Source of the DNA: Podarcis tiliguerta
Lineage: Eukaryota
Direction: 5' to 3' (one strand)
DNA: 64,000 nucleotides
Assembly: GCA_965153285.1 (NCBI GenBank)
Contig: OZ229115.1
Made by a program: the position numbers and the translations under genes. This document shows positions 1 through 13,224 of this stretch, piece by piece (within the stretch, counting starts at the first letter, position 1; the number at the start of each line of letters is the position of its first letter). The notes under the pieces were generated by a model. It saw only the letters and a list, made by a program, of their open reading frames with translations. It was not told the origin of the DNA and searched no databases.

Positions 1-2736
1 TTAGAAAAGCATAGGTTGCTGTTCCAAATTCTTAAAGTGCTAATAAAACATTGATATATAATTTAAAAACAGCTTCGCTGCAGGTAAATTTGCCTGTTTG
101 TTGGTTTAGTGAATTTGGCTCTGTACTGTGCCTACCTATATGTTGACATTTTCTCTATAGCTTTGTTTGCTGTAGAACAACACTGGTGAAGAGACCTAAG
201 TGAGTCCTTCTGAATCACAGAGGATGTCTCTAAAAAATAATGTATGTGTGGGACTCCATATAACAGTTACTACAGCAGTGATATTTCCTGGGTATTCTAC
301 CTCTTTCTTTCATGTACGAGTGATAGAATCCTAAGGTACCACAATGACATCAGATGTCAGACCTGAGGTTGAAAGCAACAACATAATGACTACTGAAGTA
401 AAATGACAAAATGGAGACAGGGTTTTTTTTTAATAGAGTTTTTTTTAATGGCTCTTTCAACAGATTTTAGACTCTCATTTTCTACAACAATTCAGTGTAA
501 AACACCCCGAGACCATTTACAAGTGTTTGAGAACTTGGAGTTGTTTTGTTTTGTTTTTTAAAAAATCCAGCTTGTGGACATTGAAGAAATTGACCAGACA
601 GAACCTTTTCAACCTAAAGACTGGAGAAACAGCCACCCACAGAAACCCTTTGCCAAAAACAATAGTCAAGACATGCCCCAATCCAAAGTGAATATTTACA
701 ATCCTCTTGGCAAGCGAAGACATTAGTTGACTGGGCACATGGTTGCCATGTTCACACAAAACTAGGTCAGAACATAACAAGAAGGTGCAACTACCAGGAG
801 GGCCAATTTGAATCTCTGGACTATAGCAGCATGGATCACAGCAATAGTGGAAATGGTTTCTCTTCCAAACTGAAGAGCTAGAATTTTGGAGGTGGCATCC
901 AGACACCGTGCAAACAATGGAACTCACTACCACAAAGTGTAATGATGGCCACTAATTTGGGGGCCCTTCTTATTGTGAATTTGTGAGTATTTGTGCTCAT
1001 GGTACTCTCAACCAGGTAGAGGGAGCTCTGGTACAGCTTTAAAAGGGGATCAAACAGATCTAAGAATATTAACAGCTACCAGTATTGTAGGAAGGATGCT
1101 TCAGAATACCAGTGCCTGGGAACACGAGTAGGGGAGAGTTGTTGTGCCCATGTCCTGCTTGCAGACTTCCCACAGGCAGAATGTTAGGCCTTTGGTCTGA
1201 TCCAGCAGATCTTAGCTGGGAATCATAAAGAAACCATAAGCATGAGCTGCATCCTACCCATAACAGCACAAACAACCCAATTGTTTCCAGAATGTTAGAT
1301 TAGATGTCCTCTTTTAAAAGAAAACAACTCTGTAACAGGAGCTGGAAAGAACTGAAGACACGTGTGATTTTTGTTAAGAGACACATACCAAACTTTGTGT
1401 ACGCCCTTCACACTTGATGGGGCATGTTTTTTCTCCTTGGACATGTGCCCCTAGTACAAAATGTAAAATATCAGCTATTTTGTGCTAGCACTGATGACAT
1501 ATTTTGGGAATGTGGCTTTCCAGGAAGAAATGGCTGCCTCCTACACCGGAATATGGACAAAGGATAATTTACAGAGTGGTGCAATGCATAACAAGACAAC
1601 CCTTTATGCAGTGGGAGTGTGCAATAAATGCCTCCCCTATTGCACAGCACAAGGAGTGCCTGATATGGATGACTGTTAAATCTACCCTGCAGTGTAATGA
1701 ATGTGGCGTGTTATTTTGATCAGGGCTTCTTTTGAGCTGAAGCCAGGAAATCAGGAAAAGAAGAGAAATTAAGAACTTGGAGAGGAGGGAATTGCCTGCT
1801 ATTCAAAGCTGTCAGAGGAGTGATGGGAAATATGGAATAGTACCACTACAGGCTAATTTCAGAGAGAAACCGTATCCCTGGAATAACAGAAATGTGTAAG
1901 ATCTGGAATAAGAAGAGGAAAATGGAGGGGTGCACACATGGGAATGATAAATGTGTGTTTGTGTGTGTTCACTACCAATGAAACTGAAGGAGCACAATCA
2001 CCAGCATCACAGAGCAGTAAAGAGATGGTGGACCAAATAAGAAATGCAGAAAGAAGAGATACAAGAGCATTTGAATATGAACAAGGGGACTAGTATAAGT
2101 TAAAAAAAATCAGGGAGCAATGTGGGACTGGGGAAGCCAGGGTTAAAGCAGAAGGACAGTAGAAAAGCACAGAAGGAGAAAAGGCACAGAGAAGCACAGA
2201 GAAAAAAGCAGGATAGAAGTGTTGAAAACAGTAAAGGGCCTGGGAGATGGGGTATTTTGAAGGATAAAGAGAGGAAAGATGGGAGGAACCACAAGAATGT
2301 GAGAAAGATAAATGACTCAAGGAGAGTTGAGATGCTTTGTGGAAAGTGACTGATAAATGAAATGAACAACAAGAAAGACCAAAAAGAAAGGCATTTGAGG
2401 AAGGGTTGGGAATGTACTCAGGGAGGGAGCAGATGGAAGATAAGGGCAAGGGGGAGAGACAATCAGGACTGCCAGGGCCTCTGGATTGAAATTAAATTGA
2501 GGAGCATGAAAGCATGTGATGGGCAGAGGGAAATTGGGATGAGAACAAGGAGACAGGGAAGCGCAAAGTGAATGACTGGTGAACGCTGTGAAAGAAAGAG
2601 GCATAAAAGCCATGCACTGCATGCAATGCAGACGTTGAAGTCAAAACAATGAGAAGAAATGATCAAGTGTAAGGAGGGAGTAATGGAACTGTTGAAGGAG
2701 ATGAGGAAGCACAACGTGCTCTCTGAAAATGTGGAG

Positions 2737-2745
2737 TAAGTAAGC

Positions 2746-2789
<44 letters not shown>
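2737..2789. repeat. (AAGC)n tetranucleotide microsatellite
   Basis: Direct reading. Confidence 0.95.
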
Positions 2790-3430
2790 GTCAAAGGTGA
2801 AAATGTCAACAAGCCAAAATACATTTCCCGATGAGCAATTATGGTGGCTTAGTAGGATCTGAAAAAGACAAAAACAAGGAGAGCAGAAGATTAAGTAGTT
2901 GTCAGACTCTGGAATACAACTGGGAGTAGTGACGCTTGAAGAATTTGGTGGTTCTGAAATCAAAAGACAACTCAGCTTATCTGCACCAATATGCAGATTG
3001 GAATCTGGTCTGCTTTGGACTCTACATCTTTACCAAATTCCACAAGTTGCTCTTCTGCCTGGCTTTGCACATTATTTTTAACCGATAATGGGCACTTGGA
3101 GTAGCTAGAAAGCATGGCTCTGGCTGTACATGTTGGAAATAGAGCAGCAAATGTCCCTGGGAGAACGGGGATGTGATGATGTGCCATCCTTTCCAGGGAG
3201 ACTGTTAAGAAGGAAAAAGCATGACTGCACTCTTGGACCCATTGTGCAAAACAAAAAATGGCTACCCCTATGGCAGTTGCCATGTTTTCCCTCATACCAT
3301 CTCCCTGGGAGGGATAACTTCTTATTATGTACCATTGCTCCCAGGGACACTTGTAGCTCAGTTTTCAATGAGTTGCTCTAGGTGGCTATGACCTGTTTAA
3401 AAAGAAGGAGCAAAATGAGCAAAAATCAGC

Positions 3431-3610
3431 NNNNNNNNNNNNNNNNNNNNNNNNNNNNNNNNNNNNNNNNNNNNNNNNNNNNNNNNNNNNNNNNNNNNNN
3501 NNNNNNNNNNNNNNNNNNNNNNNNNNNNNNNNNNNNNNNNNNNNNNNNNNNNNNNNNNNNNNNNNNNNNNNNNNNNNNNNNNNNNNNNNNNNNNNNNNNN
3601 NNNNNNNNNN
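3431..3610. other. Assembly gap (180 N)
   Basis: Run of n characters. Confidence 1.
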
Positions 3611-4280
3611 TTGGAAGGGTTAGGGATCCACCATATTTCATCTGGAAACTGGATGGAGCAGATTTACAGGTGTATACATGAAAGAAACACAAACCAATTA
3701 GGAATGATTCAACCTTCTAGGGAACAATGATTTTAAAGCCAAGGACCATGATTGGTGGTCAAGCAATAATGGATGGAAAGCATATGAGGTGGAAGAAAAT
3801 GCTAAATAAAAAGTTGCAAAGAGGAACAAAGGGCTGAAGAAAAGAGAAGCAGTGACAGAAAAAGAAAGATGAATGGTAAGGCAAAGGAGCAAGTGGTGAT
3901 TAGCAGGAAGGAAAAGAAGAGGGGGTGGATGCAGGACCAATTCAGGAAGATACAGAGGGAAGAATGCGATACATAACATACGAGGATTAAAATAATAAAA
4001 TTGGAACATTGAAATGTGCATGTGAAATAAAAATTAGACATATACATTGCTGGGGACTACAGAGCTCTGTTCACACTGCTGAATTTGCCCCTGCAGTTGT
4101 GTACTAGAAATGCAGCCACAATCAGAGAGTCAGTTTACATGTACAGGATCATGTGGTGAAATTTAGTGATTTGAATCAGCCCTGAGACAGCACAGTGGTG
4201 CTTATGGTGGAGATGAGGAGTGCCAATGGGACGTCATGCCAAGGAACATAAATCATTAGGGAAGTGGAAGAGGGCTACAG

Positions 4281-4405
4281 CAACCTTTGCCAACCTGGTG
4301 CCTTCCAGGTGTTTTGGACTACAACTTCCTCCAGCCCCAGCCATGCTGGCTAGGGGGAAGATGGGAGTTGAAAACATCTAGAGGGCACCAGGTTGGCAAA
4401 GGCTG
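4281..4405. mobile_element. Short palindromic non-autonomous DNA element; relatives at about 23220-23336, 31850-31981, 37115-37236, 59629-59761
   Basis: Long TIRs CCTTTGCCAACCTGGTGCC and GGCACCAGGTTGGCAAAGG; family core CAGATGTT..GGACTACA...AACATCTGGAGGG. Confidence 0.7.
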
Positions 4406-7040
4406 AATGAGAGAAAGGCAAATAAAGATTAAATGATCAAACAAAAGAAGAGAAGCAACATCAAGAATGGAAGGAAAGCTCCACTGCAAACAAGGAGGTG
4501 AAAACGAAGAGGACCTGCCGAAGCAGGGAGGGCACAATTAAAGCAAAACATTGCAAGAAAAGGCCAGCAGAACAAATGAGGCCAAGACTCAGTGCTTGGT
4601 GATGCAACGAAGACAAAAGGGGGAAAAAGTGTTTGAAAATCTGTGAAGGGATATTGCAAAATCCAAGGGAATGGGACCTGGTTGAAACATGATAACAGCA
4701 CATTAAAAATGACGACACAAGAGTTTACCCACATGGCATTCCACTAGACAGACATCACTGTTTAAACAGGGGCACCAGTCACTTAGGCATTTATCATAAA
4801 CCCGGGCCATGGATCCCTGGCATACACCTGAAAGGGGCAGCAAAAGCAGTCATATCATGGCACTAGCAGTATGCAGCATTGTGTGTATCAGTTTGTCTTG
4901 AAAAGATGCCAGAAACGTGTTTAAACTGGGTATGAATAGGAAAGTTAACAGGGTAAGAGGAGAAATGCCTCTCCTTAAAAGTCTAGTCTGAAAGCTAGGA
5001 TAGACTCTTGTTTCCACTTGAGGCTCTAGGAATTCTTCCCTTACATGACAGACCCCCTTGCTTTTATTCTTTTTAGGGAATGGGAATGGGGATGGTTGTA
5101 ACAGGAGTTTGGCCATAGCCTGACCACTTCTAAGCTCTAAGGTGGCAACATGATAAAGTGTGAGCACCTGTTGTCACTTGACTCCCTTTTATTAGGCGAG
5201 AGGGGAGGATTTCCCTATAAAAGCCAGACAGCTGCAAGTGCTCCATGTTCTACCAGCAGGAGGCATAAAGCTTAGGGTATGGTCTGCTTGTGGTTAGCTA
5301 TATTTAGGACCAGCGTTCAACAGTAGTGCCATGATGAAATTCCAGAGGAGAAAAAACCCACCCAATGTCAGTAGGTCACCTAGATGCACACCCATCCGAC
5401 TGATTAATAGTATTATAATATAGAAAGGTTCCTCTTCTTCTAGTTTTGTATGTGATTATTGTGCCCTTCAGTACACACACTGGCCTTATTAGCACACCGT
5501 TCAGTGCTACGTACCTGAGTAGCAGTGAGCTCCTCCTCTGCTGCAGTTGCCTAAGGAGATTGAAAGCTTTCCTTTTATTGTCAACAAATTGTAGTTGTTA
5601 TCTCCGAACCTGGACAAACCATGCCTCACATTATGATTTAGGGAAATAAGCCATCTTCAAACCAGTTACCTATCCTAGCTTGTTTCCCTACATCACAGTT
5701 AACACAAACTACAGTTCTCAGTTCAGACATAATGAGTAATGTTGGTTAGCTGAAAATGAAAGCGAAAGTTTTCTGCCTCCTTGTGGCTGAACACAAGAGA
5801 GGGAAGGAGGAGCCCATGAGCCTGAGACTCGCTGCTGTTCATGGGTACAGTGCTGAACTATGGTTTAGTAGTAGCCACTTCCTGTGATCTCAGTTTTGTT
5901 GTGCTTCAAAAATCCGGCAAACCCATTTTACTATAGCAGGACGGGAAAGGGGGCAGATAAGCGTGTGCGTAATACAGGCATCTATGGCCCTTGGGAAATT
6001 TATTGTGTGTACTCGGCCCCAGACTGTTGAAGCGGCAAAGTCCTCACACAATTAATTTATTGCCTCAGTCTCATACGGGAAGCTGCTTATGTGTAAAGAG
6101 TTGTAGTGGTGATGACTTAAGAACCCTTCAACACTAGCTAGCTTTCTGCTCTTTCTAAGGCGCCATTTATTTTTCCCTTTACTCGCAAGAGACCAGCTGG
6201 ATCAGACAAACATCCATCTAAACCGGTGCTGTTTCCCACAGTGGCTAGCCAGATAATTATGGGATGCCCATAAGCAGGGGGTGAAGGCAACAGCTCCCCC
6301 CTCCCATTTCCTTTCAGCAACTGGTATTCAGTGACATAGTGCATCTACACATGGACGTTCCATTATGGCTAACTGTCACTGATATAAAGATCCCCATTCA
6401 CAAATTCATTTAATTGCCTTTTGAATCTAAGCAGTGGCCATCAGCACACACTGGAACAGAGAATTCCATATATTAATTGTGTGTAGGGTGGAGAAGTTTT
6501 GTTTTCACCTGTGAGTTGGCATGGGGGGGGGTTGCAGAGAGAGCAAAGAGGTGACAGAACAGATAAAAAGAGTTGGCAGAGTTATCTGTGGGAAGACTGC
6601 CCCAGTTTGGGAAGAAATGGTTGCAAACCAGTTTTCTAGCAGAAGCAGGATAAAATGGCAAGCAGAGCTTTTTCAGACAGACCCCTGATCCCTCCTCCCC
6701 TACTGACAAAAGCCAGTGTCATGGGCAAATGAAAAATTATATGTAAAGTGCCCCCCAAAAAATCTTCAGGCAGTTGCAATTTTTTGCCGAGTTGCGGGAG
6801 AAGGAACTCAAACCTTTCACTGCAGATTGCTGCTCTGCTCAAAATGCCCCAAGTTGCTTCATCCTTATGGTGCTCCAGATACTCATTTATCCTTGTATAT
6901 ATACATCTGGAACTGCTCATGAGGAAAAGCAAGGAGGCAGTTCTGAGCAGGAAGACAGCTGAAATGGAAAGGGTTAAGTATTCTTCCTATGTATTTGACA
7001 CTCAGAATTGCAGCCTCCCGAGAATCCTTTCTATAAGAAT

Positions 7041-7210
7041 TATTTTTTTCTTATATTTATATGCCACCTTTCACCCATCATGAGACACCGCTCCCAAGGT
7101 GGCATACATACATGGCAGTTTGGAGATGGTCCCCCATCCATGCACTGACCACATCCAGACCTGCTTAGTTTCAGCAAGATTGTGGCCTCAACTGCCTTCA
7201 GACCATACAC
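7041..7210 (-). mobile_element. Degenerate SINE with a 5S rRNA-derived segment and L2/MIR-like tail
   Basis: Minus strand AACTAAGCAGG..TGGTCAGTGCATGGATGGGGGACC resembles 5S AGCTAAGCAGG..TGGTTAGTACTTGGATGGGAGACC; tail GAAAGGTGGCATATAAAT. Confidence 0.6.
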
Positions 7211-10200
7211 AAGTGCTGTGTTGCACACAACTCAGTTCAAAGTAATTGCGCAGACAGAGAGCTAGCATCCCTGCAGGAAGCATGAGAGCAAAGGGTGATG
7301 GACAGAGATTTCAGCATGAATTGAACTGGCAATAACTAATAATCCAGCTGTACATTAAGTGCTGCAGGGTTTTACATGGGCTGAGAGCACACATGGGATG
7401 CATGGGAATGGAGGAAGACCAAGACCCTCAGCTATGCACAGATTTTCTTGGAGACAGGGGGGAACTAGAAAACAGGACAGGACCAACTTAACCAGTTGTG
7501 GGCACAGGAAACTTAGTAGTTGAATTAGCTCCTGTAAAATTTGGATGGAACCATTTTTACAACAGCCAGCCCCCCTAGGGATGCTGATCAGGGTGGCCCA
7601 GTTTCTGCTGAGATTCCTTCAAAGCTGTGGATCAGATTGCACCCTCTATCCACATCTCAGGATGTGCTCAGTCACAAGCCTTCCACACCAACCTTGCCAA
7701 GGTAAAGCCCAACTGCTGTGGGAATGGAGACATGTTCCTGATTGGAGCATTACTGGCAAAAGGGATGCTGCAAGTTTTCTTTTGCCTGGGGGCAAGAGCT
7801 GCTACTTGCTAATGACAAAGTATCTCAGGATCCATAAACTCCAATACTCAAGAAATATCCAGCACAGTTATTTACAGAGTAAGACAAACTTTTAAGAATA
7901 TACAAATAATTAAAAGGCATTTTTGTCAAAATGGGGGATGGGAATCACAATCCAAAAAGTAGAAGATTCTTTTTAAAAAAGGAGTTCCCAATGAAAATGC
8001 TAAAAACCATCTCAAAAGGAAGTATTTACACCAGGAGTTAGCAAGCATGTTTTAACCCCCACTCCCTGCCCACCCCATTTTACAAACTCATGCAAGGAAT
8101 AGAAAGGGGCTGCCCCAGAAAATCCTGCCCAGCCCTGAGCCGGACAGCTGCCAGTGTCTGCTTTGCATTTCTGCTCTATTGATGAGAATAGACCCAGCTT
8201 CTGCCCAGCTCTGCATGTGGAAGATAGCAAGAGCAAGGCAGACCATCTCCGTTCCCCTGGCACAGTAAGGCGCTTGGTGGCGACGGCACAGCCTAGTTGC
8301 TACAAGCTCTGCGTTTGCTAGTGGTAACTGAAACACTCACACAGTTGGATGGAGACAGAGAACAAGGCCACAGATGTGATATTTGCATGGATCTTGCTGG
8401 CCTGCCAAAACGAAGCAGCTCAGCCACCTAGGAAGAGGCTGCAGCAGCTCACAGGAATCAATGCTAAATCAGCTGTGCTGAATAAGTAACCTTCTTAGCC
8501 CACAGCCCTGAGAGTGAATAATGTGAGTCCCACATTATAAGGGGTGGGGGGCTATAATGTGCTTATTGCAGCTCCTGCCTGACTCCATTCCTGGTGTATT
8601 TTGCCCCATTGTCTTTCATTAGCTGCACGCTATTTTGATTTTGACTTGCAGTGCTTACCAAGAGTCAGTCCTTATGTCACTTTAAATGTGCTTGCCTACA
8701 GAAGCAATAATGCCTTGGGGATGTGGAGGGCTCTTGCACTTTTGCAAGTGAATGCCGTTCAAGTAATGCAAGAACTGGCTTCAAGAGAATCCTATACCTG
8801 GCAATGTGGTGCTGGCCCTTTTTTTCCTTTGCTCTGCCAAGGCAGTGTTAGCAGCCTGTCTGTTAAGCCAAGCAAGTATATCCAGGCAATTACCAGCATA
8901 CAGGTTCTTAGGCTGGGAATGTCTGGCCGCATTCCGCAGAGTTGCTTCCAGCCTCCTCCAGGCCCCTGAAATAATTTTTCACCAGCTCCATATTAGATGT
9001 CAGGGCTGATTTTCTCCCCCGAGAATGAGCTAAGTATCCCCGTGAAACACAATCAGCAGATCCACAGACTGTCATACAAGGACAGTGCCCCCGGCTTTGC
9101 ACCTGCAATCTCATAATCCAATAGGTATTTTTATTTTAGCTCATCTTCTGCCTGCCTCACCTAGCTCCCTGCTCCCAAATTTAGAGAATAGCAGTATTTA
9201 AAGAAACTCCTTCGGAGATCAAGGATTTAAAGATACGCTGGTTTCTGTGTCCCTTGGCCAGTGCTCAACATAGCCTGTTGCTGCATCAAAACAGGAAGGA
9301 GAGAGATGCTTTCAATGAGCCTTTGCTGGGATTTAGTTTAACCTCACCAGCTATACATTCTGAAGGTGCCCAAAGCACAGGAAAAAAGTATACTAAACTG
9401 ATCAATTGGCTGCAGGGAATACCAAAGCTTCTGTTATGTAGCCCTGATGTTGTTTTGCTTTTCCTGCTTTTAATGCAAACCAAACAGAGACATCTTGGAG
9501 AGCAACGCTATGGGGAGTGAAACTGTTATGTCTCCCTTCAGCTGCAATCCTATGTGCGCGTCTTTGAAAGCAAGCACAAAGAACTCAGGTAGATGAAGTT
9601 GCAGGTCCCCCTGAAGCATCTCTGTTGCTAAAAATAGGAACATGGGGTAGAATTCAATACAGCACAATGGAGGTCACTCCATCAGCACAAGCATTTATTG
9701 CCCGACAGAATGATCTCCGCTTTCCTCCCAGTGTACACTGCACTGACCTTGCAGAGCAGATCTGGAGGAAGGCATGGGGGGGGGGAGAAGAGCAGGGAGA
9801 AGCCCCAATGTGCTAGTGAGAGTCCTTGCACTGGCTTCCGGTGGTGGAATGGGCTAGCTGAATCTGACCCATGGACCTTTAATAATAAACATAATGGACA
9901 TGCACTTCAGGACAAGGAAGGCTGTAGGAGGATCAGGTGCCCATCACTTGACGAGAAAGCAAGCAGTAGTTTTCTGTAGAGCAAGAGGCACTCTAAGACA
10001 TGATTCCCAGAGGAATCATCCATTCCCCAAATACCATTTTATGAATGGCTTCTTGGTCTCTTTCAGCTAATGTTTTTGTAAAGAAACAATAGAGCTTACA
10101 ATTGAAGAAGATTCAGTGGAAGGACCAAGGCAGATTGACTACGATGTGTTAGTGATAAGTGAGCTGCAAATATTTGAGACCAATCAATCAGAAATATTCC

Positions 10201-10454
10201 TCGTTGGGGATGGGGAGAGATTGCAACAGCAAAACCTCTCAGTTCTAGCTCATATGAGGGCCACTCTAGTCCTTAAAGCAAGGATGTGCATGAAAGTATA
10301 TGAGAAATGGGATGAGTGGTCTTAGTTAATTCTGAGGAGCAGAGGATAAGGGGCTGAGCCGGATCTCCAGGTGCCAGGGTGAAGTCACCCTGTTCTGCCC
10401 AGACCTTTGCCCCTCTCCATGCCTTGGAGAAGCAGAATAATAGTAGGCAAAAAT

Positions 10455-13224
10455 AAGCAAATTTAGTCAGCAGAATTTATTCACTGCAAAATTCAGCTTA
10501 GCTTGGTGCAGAATTTAGAAGGGGGAAAAAATTAGCACAAAGTACACCAAGCCATGTCTATGGTCTCTTCAGTTGTAAACATGTCAAAAGTTTACAAAAA
10601 ATAAAATAAACAATATTTTTCCTGTTTTGCAAGTTATTTTAAATAATATGATGTCACAGACATTTACATTGCTGCATTGCTAATTAGCTACATAATGAAT
10701 TGAACTTCTGAATTTTATCACACATATGACAAAAACCTAAAACTCAGATTAAAAATACAAATTAAAAATTATGACTTGCAAGGTATCAATTGAAAGTCAG
10801 CCAAAATGCATGCAGGTTTCAGAAGATTTATTTTTTTTAAAAAAAAAAAGTTGCCTGCTTGCAAAGATTTGTGGGTTTAAGAAGCTTCATGTTCATTTCA
10901 GCTTTCCAAGCCTCTTTTTTAATCTCACTGATAGAGGCGGCTGTGATAATCTTCTCTGCAGACTATAAGGATGACCTGCTGTTTTATAATAATAACAACA
11001 AAAAAACTGACCCACTGAGCTTCTGATATGGATCAGTCAGGTTCTACTGCACCTCTAAAGAATATTCCTCCTGAATCATCTCTGAAGGCTGATGTATATT
11101 TTTAAACAAAAACTAAAAGCCACATAGTACACAGCCCTTCCATGTGATTATACCACTTCACGAGTGGGTGACGTGGCTAGTTTAAACAATTGCTCACATC
11201 ATGTGTCCTGCCTGTGGAAAGCGGACATGTCAGAGGTAGAGTGTGTTCTAGCTGATTATTCTGCCTGACATTCAAGTTTTCTATCCACTGGGAGATTTGA
11301 GTTGCTTTTTCTCTTTTACATGGACAATCACTCTAACTTCTGATCCCCCAGCTGCATTCTCAAGTGGTACAGTTCCTGAAGAGCCAGCTCTGTTTGGAAG
11401 GGTACTTCCAAGGAAGCCAGGGCTTGCTCTCGCATATTGTCCTACCTTTCAGATCACATCCCTGCAGAAGTGTTGCAATACACACAAATCTGTGCTACTG
11501 AATCTGGAGGTGGGGAGAAGCAAAACCTGCCTGCTCCCCAAATCCCTCAGCAAAGCAGAAGAGTCAATGAAAAGAGAGATCCTTTGCTGGAGCCCTGAAA
11601 GTTGTTTGTATGAGCAGATAATGCACTACACCAGATGCTGAAGGATCCCCATTAATACCTTTTCTCTAGAACAGGGTTGACTCACAGGAACTAGCAACCA
11701 TCAAAATATTTAGTAGAGCACTGGCAGCAACCATTGGAGAGTGTGACATAGGAGAAGCTCTGCCCTGAGATATGCAGCAGGCACACAACCCCCTGCCTCC
11801 CGTGGAACTTGGAATGTTCTGCAGCACTGAAAAGATGGTACCTCTTCTACCCATTCACTGTCTCACCTGTATTTTCATTCTATGGGCTCTGTGCTTGTTC
11901 ACCTCTGCACTCAAGCAATTTCCTCTCTGTTAAACTATTCTTACAGAGGCAAGTTGATCGCAAAGGGTTTTGAGATTTCCAGTTGAAAAACAAGCAACAA
12001 CAAATGACAGAAGCAACTCTCCTTAGGAATAGCTACAGCTACCCATTGTGTGGGGTACGGAGAAATGGAAACAGACTGGAATTGTAGACATGGAGGACTC
12101 AGCATACTCTTTCTGTGAACTCCTGGTGCTCAACTGCGCCGCAGCAGCCAAGCACAGAGGCTGATACAAAGCAACAATTGTTCTGAGCCATGGAGATGGC
12201 ATCAGAGGCCTGAAGAAGAAGAAAAAGTCCAGGTCTACTGATGCATTTCAGTAATCGTGGGAAGTTTGATGCACATGGACAGGAAGGCAACACAGACCAT
12301 GCTTGCATGGCTGTTTCCCACAGGTCAGGTGCAGGAGAACCAGTAGTGCAAAACCGTACTCTTGTTTTATCAAGAGTGTCAGCACTCTGAATAGACCATA
12401 CTGTGCACCACAGTGCAGGCTGGGTGCATGGCCCAGTGCTGGTATTGTATGCTGGGCACACCTGGGGAAAACTATCCATGCAAATATGGTTGCAGAGCAA
12501 ATCCAAGGCTTTTCCAATCTACTTGTACACAACGGCCTGGAGCACTTATGCTATGGTGGCATTTCCTGGTGGCAATTTTGCTAGCACCCTCCCCCCGCCC
12601 TCTTTCTCTGTACACCATATTGAATGGGGAAATCCTATAGTACAGCTGTTCTGAGAGGAGTTCTTAAGGCTTTGAAACCAGCTGTCTAGTGTTTCCTGAA
12701 GGACTGCTGTTTTCCTTCCCCACCCCTAGACCAAGGAAGGGAGGGCCAAGCAGCTTTGTTGATACTGCACTCCGTAATCCCTCACTGTGATGCCTTTTTC
12801 ACAAAGAAGAGAGATGCATCTCCTCAAACTGGCGACACACACACACTCTCTCTCTCACACACACACCCAATGCCATGGAAACAGCACAGACTGCTTCACG
12901 AGACTCTGGCAACGTCCAGCTCTTGTAGGTCATGTTCCCACTGAGGGGGGGAGGGACAGAAAGGTTTCCAGTGACCGAGAAACCACACCTCTAGCAAGAC
13001 TCTCCCACTCTGCCCCCTGCCCACGTAGCACAGCCTCTGTGCTGCCGGTATCCCTGTTGAGCTAAGGTGAGACAGGAGATGCATGGTGTCACCCTGGGTA
13101 TCTAAGAGCAGAGCCCCTCATCTGCAGCTGGCTCAGAAGTAGCCAGTCCCAGAGGTGCCGGAGGGACTGGCAGTTCCAGCGCATAGGTTGCTCTTCCATC
13201 AGCACGGCAGCAAGCGCAGCCCTC
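10455..13224 (-). other. SOGA1: Probable SOGA1 3' UTR (proximal isoform, about 2.8 kb)
   Basis: Follows the stop codon; ends in an AT-rich block (10480-10900) and AATAAA; the 3' end is inferred. Confidence 0.55.
10476..10481 (-). terminator. Polyadenylation signal AATAAA
   Basis: Plus-strand tttatt, followed on the minus strand by U-rich sequence (tttgcttatttttgcc). Confidence 0.55.

Noticed and set aside
5330-5403. ATGATGA...CTGA spaced like a C/D box snoRNA
   Set aside because: No terminal stem or recognisable guide; such pairs are expected by chance in 64 kb.
10075-10325. Acidic protein-like plus-strand ORF (ETIELTIEEDSVEGPRQIDY...)
   Set aside because: In-frame stop just after the nearest acceptor, no recognisable homology, length compatible with chance.
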